DNA of 64,000 bases, taken from a bacterium (GTDB lineage: Bacteria; Zhuqueibacterota; Zhuqueibacteria; Residuimicrobiales; Krinioviventaceae). This document shows positions 9,354 through 19,237 of this stretch, piece by piece. The stretch is from the NCBI GenBank assembly GCA_963693055.1, contig OY843751.1:5248001-5312000 (forward strand), read 5' to 3'. The position numbers were made by a program, and so were the translations under genes. Every line of letters begins with the position of its first letter. The first letter of the stretch is position 1. The notes below the pieces were generated by a model. The model was not told the origin of the DNA. It saw only the letters and a list, made by a program, of their open reading frames with translations, and did not search any database.

Positions 9354-12300
9354 TTATTTAATCAGTACAAAAGTTTTTAATTCTTCCTTGTCGCCTGAAC
9401 TGTCTTTAACCTGAAAATGAATCAGGTAACGTCCGTTCATTGCCATTTTACCGTAATCCGATATACCGTCCCAGTACAACACTCTGTCTATACCTTTTTG
9501 CATAAACTTGCCATCTTCCAAGGTCTTGACCAAATCACCAATCATATTATAGATCTTGACAGTAACTTTGGGGGCTACGGTTTTATCTGATGTTAAATCA
9601 AATAGTATCTCCAAAGGCGCAACATTGGGAGAAAATGGATTCGGATTAAAACGAATATTGTGAATACCCAAAGGTTCAGCAGATTCCATGATGGCAAATC
9701 TTCCCAGGGTAGAAATATCAATACTGAGCTGCCCCGCTGCCGGGGTTACCTCATCAACAATTTCCCATTCCAGCCACTTTGTATTCCAGCGTCCAACAGT
9801 CAGGCCTTCTGCCGACTTGCTGTCTGGTACCGGTAATACCATAGTTGCGGGTTTATTAAAGGTAAACCCTGCGGGAGAAAGCTGGTAAACATCTCCAACA
9901 ATCTGATAGGTTTTGGTTGTCTTCATTGAAGATGCCAGCGAAGGCTTGCGAAGCTGCAAAACCGCGTTTTGGGTTACACAACTGTCTTCAATGAACAACT
10001 GAACTCCCTTTTTATTGCTGACAGACAAATCCGTGTTACCTGGCACCAGCGATTGCGTAACGGAAATCGCTTTGGTTGCAATTTTGCCTGTAAATGCATC
10101 GGTCAGGGTCAAGACCAAAGACCCTACAAAATCATCAGAAGGATCGACCAAGCCATCATCACCAAGTTGATCAAGTCCACCGGCAAAATCCACAGACCAT
10201 TGAGGATCAATACTGGCTTCACGCTGATCATTGGTTTTTGCTGAAAAGGTATAAGTCTCTATAACCGTATTGCTAAGCTGGTCGGGACCAATAATTTTCA
10301 AATCTGCTGCAATGGCTTCCGTCATTTTAAAATCTACAGACGAGACCGTTCCTCCCTGCCACAAGCTAACAATCTGCTGAACAGGATCACTTGCATAGCC
10401 AACTTTGAAAGCAGACAATGTATATTGTGCTGCAGGCAAATGAATAAAGCTGTAAACACCATTATCGTCCGACAGCGTTGTATAACTACTGTCCGATGTT
10501 TGAGCAGTAATGGTTACACTCTGCAATTTGGCACCGGAAGCGTCTGTTATGGTACCTGTAATATTGCCATATATTTTTTCAATTTCGACATCCAGAACCG
10601 TAGCCTCGGAAAGCTTGACAGCTGCCTGGCTTTTTTGAGAATATCCATTATAGGCGTATTTGATTGTATATTCAAAAGTTTGCGCCAGTTTCTGAAAATC
10701 ATAAGAACCAGATGGGTCCGTTACACCACTGGCATAATTTCCATGACCATCAGTTGCAGAAATCTGAACACCGGCAATTGCCAAATGGGTCTCTGAATCT
10801 ATTACTTTACCAGAAAGTCTACCCTTGTTTTCGGTCAAAATAATCTCTTGAGTGGTTCCGGTCTCCACAGTAATCGCGTCGGGACTCGAATATCCTGCTT
10901 TTGCGGTTGTAATAGTATAAGTTCCCAAGGGAATATTCTTGATGATAAAACTGCCGTCATCCTGACTGAGGGTTGTAAAAAAGGTTTCGGTTCCAACTTT
11001 TTGAGCAGAAACCGTAACATCCGCAAGAGAGGCTTTATCAGATTTAATCTGACCGGAAATTACACCTTCATTTTTCAATATATATGCATCAACGGCTACG
11101 GTTTGTTCTCCAGCGACATGAATATCAAATAATGTATCAGGTGTAAAACCACTTTTAGAAATACGAACATTATAAGTTCCCGAGATCAACGCAGGCTGAC
11201 CGTTTTCATCCTGGAATGAGAAATAACCATTATTGTCAGATTCGGTCTGCATTAAAAAACCGTCCTGCGATTTGGCTGTCACACGTGCCGCAACTACCGG
11301 AGCATCAATAGTCACTCTTGAAACCGTTCCGGTGATGTTGCCCATATCTGACAATAATGTTGCCGAATTCAAAGATTTTGATTCATTATCTGCTACTGAA
11401 GCCTGGTTTTGGACTGTTGCCGGTTTATAACCATTTTTTTCAGCAAAAACATTATACATTGCGGGTTTAACATCCAGACGATAGGTACCATCTGTTTTAC
11501 TTACCGTGGTAAATGTATCAACAGCGTTTGCAGCATACACAATGGCATTTTCAACAGAATTGCTTTGTGCATCTACAATACTTCCCGTAAAACTGCTTGA
11601 TAACTGTTCAAGTTGAAATTCCATCGTTTTTACAGCGTTCAGCGCAATACTGCCGGTAGTTTTCTCAACAGTACGATATCCTGTCTTACCGGTATAGACT
11701 GTATAACTGCCGGGCTCAATGGATAGAGTAAATGAACCATCGGTTGCTGAACGTGTATTCAAGCCTGCACTTGGAATTGAGATTTCAGCATTACTGATGG
11801 CTGCACCACTAAAAGAATTAATAACACTTCCCTGTATTGTTGCAATGTTGGGTTGCAGATCAAAATCTACATTATTCAGGGTTTGGCTTGTACCTACAAG
11901 TTGAGATGTCTTTTCCTGTGTTATAAATCCGGATTTTGATACAACTAAATCCCAGGTCCCGGCCTGCAGGTTTAATACAAAATTACCATGCTGGTCGCTT
12001 TTGGTTTCAATCGTATGAGAATTTACAGCCTGAACCAAAGCATTATAAACCGGGCCGTTTCCCGAAGTGATCTTGCCTTTAATTACACTCGCATTGGGTG
12101 ACAAGATAAAATTCACATTATCCAATACCTGACCGGCAACCACTGTTATAGTGTCTGGTGATGAACTGAGATATCCTTCTTTGGCCGCTTTGATTATATG
12201 CGTGCCTGGTAAAATACCCAATTCAAAATAACCGCCATCGGATGTTGATGTGCTCTTGCCGGAATTAGAGACCAAGGCATCTGCAAGGGGTGTATAACCG

Positions 12301-15300
12301 TCTATGGTAACTTTACCCTTGACTGTGCTTGTAGCCTGATTTAGAACAAATTCAATACCACTCTTTGTCTGACCACTGGTTACTGTAGACTGAATAGCCT
12401 CGGGTGAAATATAGCCCTCTTTTTCTACCGATATGGAATAAGTGCCTTGTACTACATTCAAAGTAAACTGACCATATGCATCTGTAGTTGTCTGGTAGGG
12501 TTGACCCGATACCGGATAAGCTTTAATAATAACATTCTCTAACTGACGAGAGCCATCGGTAGCGCGTCCCTGCAAAATACCCGCATTAGATTCAAGAACA
12601 AGAGATGGGGTGACCGTAATTGTCTGCCCGCCACTTGTAGAAAGTGTTCGGGGTTCAGGAGAAACAAATCCTTGTTTTTCCACATGCAGGGTCCAGGTTG
12701 CATCTGGGACCGAAAAGCTGAATTGCCCGTTTGCATCTGTTGTGGTTTCAAATGTCTCACCATTTTTCAGAATCACACGTGCACCATAAATTGGCTGCTG
12801 ATTTGTATTCACAACTTTACCGGCAACCTTGTTGGTGTTTTTAACCATTACAAGATTCTGGCTCAATTCTTTTTGCTGCCCGGTAGTAACAGATACACTC
12901 AAAGTATCAGACAATTGGTATCCTGTTTTTTTAGCATATATAAGATAAGGACCGGGAGCAACAGTTATTCTAAAATATCCTTGTGCGTCTGTAGATGTGG
13001 TTTTCTTTATATCACTATGCAAACCATGTTGAGCAGTTACAGAGACATCATTAATTGCCGAACCATTACCATCCACAACCCGGCCCAAAACAGCACTCAA
13101 ACTGGGTGATAACCGATAGTTGACAGAATATGACTGATCTGCTACAAATGTTAATGTATCATAGCGGGTGTCATAACCTTCTTTGGTAATTTTAAACTGA
13201 TAAACTCCGGGAGAAATGTTATAATCCAGACGGCTTCCGTATAAATCCGTAGACAAGGGCATATCGTTATGGATACCATTTATTGCATCATAGACAATGG
13301 TTACACGAGGTAATACAATATCATCCGATGTTGTGGCAGTATTTTTACTATCATAGGTATGAATAGACAATTTTGCCGATGGTGCATCATATTCAAAATC
13401 ACGGCCATCACTCAAAACTTCTAATCCATTTTCCGCAACCGCAGCCACTTTCCAGCGATACCGGCCTTTCATAAACTGCTCACCGGCAGGATAATCATAC
13501 TGGGTTTCTGTTGTGGTGATTGTAGATTGCCAAACCGCACGCGCAGTTTCTATTCCAAATTCTTCCTCAATCTTGAAGGGATAAAAATGATACGCTTTTG
13601 CACCGCTTACCGCGTCCCAGGTAAACGTAATAATGTCCTGATCAAGTAATACATTGTTAGCCGGACTCTTTAATATCGGTTTATCAATATCAGGTGGAGG
13701 TAAATCAATAGTAAATTTGGAAATACCAGACTGTACAGGAGACGTCAACTCGGCAGCATTACCATAGCAGTTTAAAACAACCCACCAATAACTGTTTCCA
13801 GGTATCAAAGGTGCGGGAACACTGGTATACGTTCCGCTGGGATCAGCCATGCCATAAGGCACGCTGTTATCTGATGTTAATACAGACCAGATGGGATTTG
13901 CACCTTCAACGGTAAACTCTCGCGATTCAGGATCTTCTTCTATAATGATTTCTTCATCCGAACAGATAACAATGTAATAGGGCACACCCGGAACACGGTC
14001 CCATGTAAACATGGGTGCCAAATCTTCAATATTACCAATGGGTGTCAACATTTGCGGCGCTATGGGACTCTCGATAATAACTGTAAAAGGATCACTGGAA
14101 ACATCACCATCCGTAATACGACAGTAATGCACACCCAATCCCATACCTGCAAGCTCAGGAGTAAAAACAACACTGTTGTTGCCATTTTCTTCAACCGAGC
14201 CGGTATAAAAGCCAGGTTGTAAACCAAATTCAAAACGCGCGTTTATGGGCTGAGGTTCTACCCATTCAAGTACCATTTCTTCATTTTGTAGAAAGAAATT
14301 CAGAGTTGATGATGTAACACGGGGACGGTCAGTATATTCATCCACCTCAACCAGCCAGGTATAATCATCATAATATGAACCGTCACTAACACGAACTGTG
14401 AGTTCAACATGTCCCACATAATTTTTATCGGCTTTGTAGTTATAATTAGCCGCTGATCCATTTACCTGGTTGCCATCAACATACCATCTATAGGAAAGTG
14501 AATTATTATCCGGATCTGACGCCCTTGCACTGAATGCCGCATCAATACCTGCAATGATCAATGTATCAGTTGAACCGGGGGTAACCGATGTAATAGCCGG
14601 TGGACGGTTGGCGGGTGGGGAATTGCTAACAATCTCTACCTGTTGCTCAGAATTGGCAGGTATGGAAACATTTACATAATATACATCTGTTTGTGATGAA
14701 GTAATAACCTGTGCTACATCACCGCCTGTTACCTGGTAACCGGCATTATCATGCGCTACATAAAATTTTATCATTGCATCTTCAAACGCGACGTTATTAT
14801 CGTTTTGTATGGATGCTTTTACCTGCCAGTTTGTACCATCGTTTGCAGGAGAATAATCAACATTTAAATTTTTAAATTTCAGCAATGGCCATGATTGTAC
14901 CTCGTCACCAGATACCTTGACAAGACGATATTGTCCATTATTATTCATGGTAAATGAAGTATTCAGGTTCAAAGCCGCGCGTGAACCCAGGGTATTTTCA
15001 CCGTTGATATGGGTATGTCCGTACAAAATCATATCAACCATAAAATTATCTACAAAATCATCATCAATCTGTCGTGATTCGTCATAATGGTAAAACAAGG
15101 TGCGAAGCGCATCACCATCATCAATAGATCCCTGCAAATCGTCCTGCAACCATTCCATCTGGTCTGCAGTAAACGTTACAGTGGGTATATCATACATTTC
15201 TAAACCGGCATAATGGTGACTACCATAATTAAAGCTGTAATCCATAGTCGGACTAATATAGCGTTTCCAGTATCGATGACCGTCATACCAGAGATCATGA

Positions 15301-15920
15301 TTGCCTCCCGTAAAAAATACAGGAGCCTGACTTGCGGAGACCAATTCCTGGGCCAGTTCATATTGATCTTCTACCTGCCCATTGTCTACCAGATCGCCTG
15401 TCTGCAAAACAAATTCGGGATTAATGATAGAAATCTCATTCATGATCTTTAAAAATTCGGGAATGGTATTGCTATCATCATAATAACCAATCCAACTAAC
15501 TGAAGGTAAATGAAGATCTGGTAAATGAACAAAATAATAAGAATCTTTATATTCAGAGATGACTTTGACAGCGTGCACAGTAACATCATTAACATCCGAT
15601 GCCGTAACCTGAAGATCATATAATTCAAAAGGAGTATTTGCAGGAACCGATGCGGTTATCGACCAACGACGTTTCGTTTCGTTCCAGGTGGCATTCGTAT
15701 TTAAATTTACTGAATTATAGGGTGTATAAATACGTACCGACCAGTTAGAAGAACTACTGCTTCCCTTGCTTGTTATAATAAATGAATCTCCGGCTTTGAC
15801 TATAGTAGGACGACCCATTAATGGATATTGAATATCAGTAATTCGATCAGCGCTTAACCCTGCAGATACTGCAATGAATAAAGCAAATATAATATTGATA
15901 TACGTTCCAAGCCTAATCAT
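9354..15920 (-). CDS. Large secreted calcineurin-like metallophosphoesterase with Ig/PKD domains, about 11-12 carboxypeptidase-regulatory-like repeats and a FlgD/T9SS-like C-terminal domain
   Basis: Signal peptide; DLH, GDLVD, GNHD and GHTH motifs; tandem ~85-aa G.v.d....i..a.V...G.f.....pG.Y.....K.GY repeats; C-terminal PNPFSPN...KIYNMIGDLV...WDG...G.Y. Confidence 0.85.
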   Translation of the reverse strand: MIRLGTYINIIFALFIAVSAGLSADRITDIQYPLMGRPTIVKAGDSFIITSKGSSSSSNWSVRIYTPYNSVNLNTNATWNETKRRWSITASVPANTPFELYDLQVTASDVNDVTVHAVKVISEYKDSYYFVHLPDLHLPSVSWIGYYDDSNTIPEFLKIMNEISIINPEFVLQTGDLVDNGQVEDQYELAQELVSASQAPVFFTGGNHDLWYDGHRYWKRYISPTMDYSFNYGSHHYAGLEMYDIPTVTFTADQMEWLQDDLQGSIDDGDALRTLFYHYDESRQIDDDFVDNFMVDMILYGHTHINGENTLGSRAALNLNTSFTMNNNGQYRLVKVSGDEVQSWPLLKFKNLNVDYSPANDGTNWQVKASIQNDNNVAFEDAMIKFYVAHDNAGYQVTGGDVAQVITSSQTDVYYVNVSIPANSEQQVEIVSNSPPANRPPAITSVTPGSTDTLIIAGIDAAFSARASDPDNNSLSYRWYVDGNQVNGSAANYNYKADKNYVGHVELTVRVSDGSYYDDYTWLVEVDEYTDRPRVTSSTLNFFLQNEEMVLEWVEPQPINARFEFGLQPGFYTGSVEENGNNSVVFTPELAGMGLGVHYCRITDGDVSSDPFTVIIESPIAPQMLTPIGNIEDLAPMFTWDRVPGVPYYIVICSDEEIIIEEDPESREFTVEGANPIWSVLTSDNSVPYGMADPSGTYTSVPAPLIPGNSYWWVVLNCYGNAAELTSPVQSGISKFTIDLPPPDIDKPILKSPANNVLLDQDIITFTWDAVSGAKAYHFYPFKIEEEFGIETARAVWQSTITTTETQYDYPAGEQFMKGRYRWKVAAVAENGLEVLSDGRDFEYDAPSAKLSIHTYDSKNTATTSDDIVLPRVTIVYDAINGIHNDMPLSTDLYGSRLDYNISPGVYQFKITKEGYDTRYDTLTFVADQSYSVNYRLSPSLSAVLGRVVDGNGSAINDVSVTAQHGLHSDIKKTTSTDAQGYFRITVAPGPYLIYAKKTGYQLSDTLSVSVTTGQQKELSQNLVMVKNTNKVAGKVVNTNQQPIYGARVILKNGETFETTTDANGQFSFSVPDATWTLHVEKQGFVSPEPRTLSTSGGQTITVTPSLVLESNAGILQGRATDGSRQLENVIIKAYPVSGQPYQTTTDAYGQFTLNVVQGTYSISVEKEGYISPEAIQSTVTSGQTKSGIEFVLNQATSTVKGKVTIDGYTPLADALVSNSGKSTSTSDGGYFELGILPGTHIIKAAKEGYLSSSPDTITVVAGQVLDNVNFILSPNASVIKGKITSGNGPVYNALVQAVNSHTIETKSDQHGNFVLNLQAGTWDLVVSKSGFITQEKTSQLVGTSQTLNNVDFDLQPNIATIQGSVINSFSGAAISNAEISIPSAGLNTRSATDGSFTLSIEPGSYTVYTGKTGYRTVEKTTGSIALNAVKTMEFQLEQLSSSFTGSIVDAQSNSVENAIVYAANAVDTFTTVSKTDGTYRLDVKPAMYNVFAEKNGYKPATVQNQASVADNESKSLNSATLLSDMGNITGTVSRVTIDAPVVAARVTAKSQDGFLMQTESDNNGYFSFQDENGQPALISGTYNVRISKSGFTPDTLFDIHVAGEQTVAVDAYILKNEGVISGQIKSDKASLADVTVSAQKVGTETFFTTLSQDDGSFIIKNIPLGTYTITTAKAGYSSPDAITVETGTTQEIILTENKGRLSGKVIDSETHLAIAGVQISATDGHGNYASGVTDPSGSYDFQKLAQTFEYTIKYAYNGYSQKSQAAVKLSEATVLDVEIEKIYGNITGTITDASGAKLQSVTITAQTSDSSYTTLSDDNGVYSFIHLPAAQYTLSAFKVGYASDPVQQIVSLWQGGTVSSVDFKMTEAIAADLKIIGPDQLSNTVIETYTFSAKTNDQREASIDPQWSVDFAGGLDQLGDDGLVDPSDDFVGSLVLTLTDAFTGKIATKAISVTQSLVPGNTDLSVSNKKGVQLFIEDSCVTQNAVLQLRKPSLASSMKTTKTYQIVGDVYQLSPAGFTFNKPATMVLPVPDSKSAEGLTVGRWNTKWLEWEIVDEVTPAAGQLSIDISTLGRFAIMESAEPLGIHNIRFNPNPFSPNVAPLEILFDLTSDKTVAPKVTVKIYNMIGDLVKTLEDGKFMQKGIDRVLYWDGISDYGKMAMNGRYLIHFQVKDSSGDKEELKTFVLIK

Positions 15921-16090
15921 TCAACTGTTCCTTTGATGTCACATTAAATTATTTCAATTAACAGGTAAAAAATATCTTGACCTTTATTTTTAGCCCAGGA
16001 TAAAAAGGCGCAAACCCAATACAAATAAAAACTTATGCCTTTGCCAAGGGTTGCTGTTTTTTTCTCTTTCATCCTGGCATGCTACATCAA

Positions 16091-16105
16091 GCTAAATTCA
16101 TGCCA
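16091..16105 (-). promoter_or_regulatory. Putative sigma54 (-24/-12) promoter of the 2188-aa operon
   Basis: Minus strand reads TGGCATGAATTTAGC, with GG and GC at the canonical spacing, just downstream of the upstream gene's terminator. Confidence 0.6.
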
Positions 16106-16110
16106 AAAAT

Positions 16111-16143
16111 AAAAAAGGGGCCTGTTAATAACAACAGGCCCCT
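16111..16143 (-). terminator. Intrinsic terminator
   Basis: AGGGGCCTGTT/AACAGGCCCCT stem followed by a U tract on the minus strand. Confidence 0.85.
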
Positions 16144-16155
16144 AAAAGTTCGGAT

Positions 16156-18612
16156 TTATGAAAATAATTGTAAAGGAAGATTGATTATGGATTTTGAAAT
16201 CTTGGCCCCTACCGGCAATTCATATACAGAGGCAATGATCTCTTCGAGGTAATATTGGTTAGAGATACCACGATACGTGATCTTGTTCATAAACTCACTT
16301 GCATCATACTCGTCGTTTAACACGGTTTGGTCCCACTGGCTATCATCCAATTGACCAAACATGTTCATCAACGCACGCCATAACTGAGTAAACACCCGTT
16401 TTTCATCCAAAGTATCTTGTGTTACCACAAGACCTTTAGAAACCTTGTGAGGACCGGCAGATGTGTGAGCATTACCATCTGTTTCTGCTGTGGTTGGCCG
16501 GTTAAACTCTGCTTTAGATTGTGTCCACAACAGACCGGTTTCGGCATCATTATTTAAAAATGTGTACTCGTAACCGGTTTCATCTTCTTCAACTGTAACA
16601 GTTCTGTCTATTTGCGCTGCTTCAGCCAGGGTTTGTAAACGAAGTTTGTTGCGTGTAGCAAGTGCAATCCAGCTATTTACATTACTAATTAAATCACTTG
16701 TAGCTTGTTGATTTTCACTTGCCATTCCCAAAATACGCAAGGGCACAATTCGCTCATTACCATTTCCTACCTGGGTTACACTATCAGCCCATTTCATAAG
16801 ATAGGCAAAGCTGGACTCGCCAACCGGGTCCTGAACATTGGGGTTAATCACCTTAATCAATTCTTCCAAAAGAAATGTTTCTTTATCATATAAAGGTACT
16901 ATAAACGCTGAATTCATCTCACCCGACGGTAATGTATAAGGTAAAAATACGGGTACAATGGCGCTGCTTTCATCACCAAGCGTAATACTACCGGTGTCAC
17001 TTGCAGCTTCAAATTGTGCCAGACCATTTATATCGCTCATACCAATCTGTCTTGAATTTTGAAGTATTTTAACACCATTCCAAACCTGCAAATCAAAACT
17101 AACACCAGTCCGTTCAAATAAAACTCCATCCACCAGTTTTAACTGCATGGGGTATCCTTTACTTTGAACAGCCGGACTTGATGTAAACTGGGACTCGTTA
17201 TCGTCCACATCAATCACCCGGATAGCATAATAATAGGTTTGCGCGCTTTCGGGATTGTCAACAACCAATTGCACCAAATTTCCGGTTGCAACACCCGGTT
17301 GATAATCAGCTTCAATCAGCTCTGCTTTTGTAATGCTGCCTTCATTCGAAATGGGTTCAAGGTCTCTGAAAATATCAAATCGCAGTTCAGTACCCACAGC
17401 AGATTTGCCATCGCTGGTCTTGTCTGCAGGAACTGTCCAGCTTAGTATAACCTCTCCCGGATTTGTTCCGGTAACAGCGTTTAATGCACTAACCGCATCC
17501 GGTATTTGTGAACCGGCATCCACTTCGGTAGTAAAGCTCCAGGTATATTCCTGTCCGTCGTTAAAATCATTCCCGGCAAGATCCTGTAAACCTGTCAAAT
17601 GAACCGTGTAAATAGTACTGGGATCCAAAACACTTTCAGGGATAAATCGCAAAGTACTTAACCCTGCATCATAACTTGCACCACCCTGAACACGGGTGCC
17701 TGTGGAATCTGTTAAAAATATTTTTTCCACAATACCTGTACTGTTTAGCTTTTCATTAAATACTGCAAAGATTGTTGTATTAATATCCACACCCAAAGAA
17801 CCATTTGTGGGATTAAAATCTGTTAAAATTGGCGGATCATTATCAGGATTCGCTGTAGTCATAAACTCGTAAACAAATTCACCACCAGGTAAATTATCAT
17901 TATCGCCATCCAGCGAAAATCCCCATTCATCTTTAACATTTTCAGAAATCTTGATCTGATATTCTTTACCATAAATCAAAGACGCAGCATATAACTGGAT
18001 CTCTTTTTTGGTTTCATCATAAACTACCGAAATGGTAACATTGCTGTTGTTCTCTTTTTCAACAAGGCGAACATTAGCCAATGTAATAGTAGAAGCATCC
18101 AATGCATTACTGACCTGCAGATGGATGTAAACATTTTCAATAACATTGTCTACCAGATTATAAACATGAGTAACGGATGTTGCAGGTACTACGGTAATGT
18201 TGATCTTGTATTTACCACCCGATCTTCCGTCATTATCACCATCAATCAGGTCTCCTTCAACCGTAGTTACCCCATCAACAACCAACCGATATTCGCTGGC
18301 TGGGGTTAATGTGGGAAAAATTACAGTACACTGGGTTTCGCTATCAACTTTGACAGTATGCCCCGTTATAACTGTACCGCCTGTATCTTCAATATATACA
18401 GTATCTGTGCTTACCTTACTCACAGAACCACTAAATTTAATTGTTGCCGTTTCACCCACCGGTTTTACTCCTGTAGTAGAGTTTGAACCGGTTACCACAC
18501 TCTGCACAATGACAACCTTTTTAGTAGAAACCGGATCCGTCTCGCACGCCAAAGCAAGCGCGCCCAAACCCGCCACTACGTTTTTAATAAAATGCCTTCG
18601 TGTAGAATTCAA
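16156..18612 (-). CDS. Tat-signal lipoprotein with SbsA/Big_5-type Ig domains and an FN3-like domain
   Basis: TTG start at 18612 after GGAGG; TRRHFIK twin-arginine motif and LALAC lipobox; three Ig-like repeats ending in Y.wsFtT-like strands; two DGDND.xxGG loops. Confidence 0.75.
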   Translation of the reverse strand: MNSTRRHFIKNVVAGLGALALACETDPVSTKKVVIVQSVVTGSNSTTGVKPVGETATIKFSGSVSKVSTDTVYIEDTGGTVITGHTVKVDSETQCTVIFPTLTPASEYRLVVDGVTTVEGDLIDGDNDGRSGGKYKINITVVPATSVTHVYNLVDNVIENVYIHLQVSNALDASTITLANVRLVEKENNSNVTISVVYDETKKEIQLYAASLIYGKEYQIKISENVKDEWGFSLDGDNDNLPGGEFVYEFMTTANPDNDPPILTDFNPTNGSLGVDINTTIFAVFNEKLNSTGIVEKIFLTDSTGTRVQGGASYDAGLSTLRFIPESVLDPSTIYTVHLTGLQDLAGNDFNDGQEYTWSFTTEVDAGSQIPDAVSALNAVTGTNPGEVILSWTVPADKTSDGKSAVGTELRFDIFRDLEPISNEGSITKAELIEADYQPGVATGNLVQLVVDNPESAQTYYYAIRVIDVDDNESQFTSSPAVQSKGYPMQLKLVDGVLFERTGVSFDLQVWNGVKILQNSRQIGMSDINGLAQFEAASDTGSITLGDESSAIVPVFLPYTLPSGEMNSAFIVPLYDKETFLLEELIKVINPNVQDPVGESSFAYLMKWADSVTQVGNGNERIVPLRILGMASENQQATSDLISNVNSWIALATRNKLRLQTLAEAAQIDRTVTVEEDETGYEYTFLNNDAETGLLWTQSKAEFNRPTTAETDGNAHTSAGPHKVSKGLVVTQDTLDEKRVFTQLWRALMNMFGQLDDSQWDQTVLNDEYDASEFMNKITYRGISNQYYLEEIIASVYELPVGAKISKSIINLPLQLFS

Positions 18613-19062
18613 TTTATACCTCCCGGATATTCGATGGGTGGTGCATAACACCCAACATTATTTTCTGTTCCATATTTATCGGTCCACATACTAGTGCGCC
18701 CATACGTGTTGCAAAAATCCAGCCGTAAGCGTTATTAATAAAAAGATAATCACATTCAGGCTAATCACTATTTATGGTAAAACCTATTTTTTTCAAATCC
18801 TGTAATCATATGTCTTTTCAACAATTAACGCACTTGAAATTCAAGTAAAAACGTTACTCTAGATTAAACGAACACGGATTCCAAGTCATTCCATCGTTCA
18901 AATAATTTTCACAGGACTGTATTACAAAATAGTATTTTAAAAATTACCAAAGCAGAATTCAAATTACATAAATTTTTCTCCAACTATAATTACTTGTAAA
19001 CAATTTACAAGGTTAATGCATCTAATATTATGGAGCAATTTAAGAATTTTTAAAAGAATATG

Positions 19063-19088
19063 GGAACATTGAAAAACTTTTATTCGTT
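19063..19088 (+). promoter_or_regulatory. Putative ECF promoter (SigH/SigR-type)
   Basis: GGAAC-N18-GTT. Confidence 0.4.
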
Positions 19089-19128
19089 GATACTAAAGGA
19101 CCAAGTCAGGTATTTACAGAGTTTTACC

Positions 19129-19157
19129 TTGATTTTCAGGCTATATTTTAGTAAAAT
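19129..19157 (+). promoter_or_regulatory. Putative sigma70 promoter
   Basis: TTGATT-17 bp-TAAAAT. Confidence 0.5.
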
Positions 19158-19237
19158 GACTGTTTACATAAATTGTGCTCAATGTTTCTATTCTATCTAG
19201 TAATGAGACGATTTTGGGTGAGTTAAAGGAGAAAATC

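Noticed and set aside
15995-16060. c-di-GMP-I riboswitch suggested by GCAAA/GGCAAA motifs
   Set aside because: The P2 GNRA hairpin and the second conserved motif are not present in the right arrangement.
18613-18810. Short minus-strand ORFs or a signal-peptide-like pseudogene fragment upstream of the Tat lipoprotein
   Set aside because: The fragments are short, lie in different frames and are broken by stops; there is no evidence for coding or readthrough.
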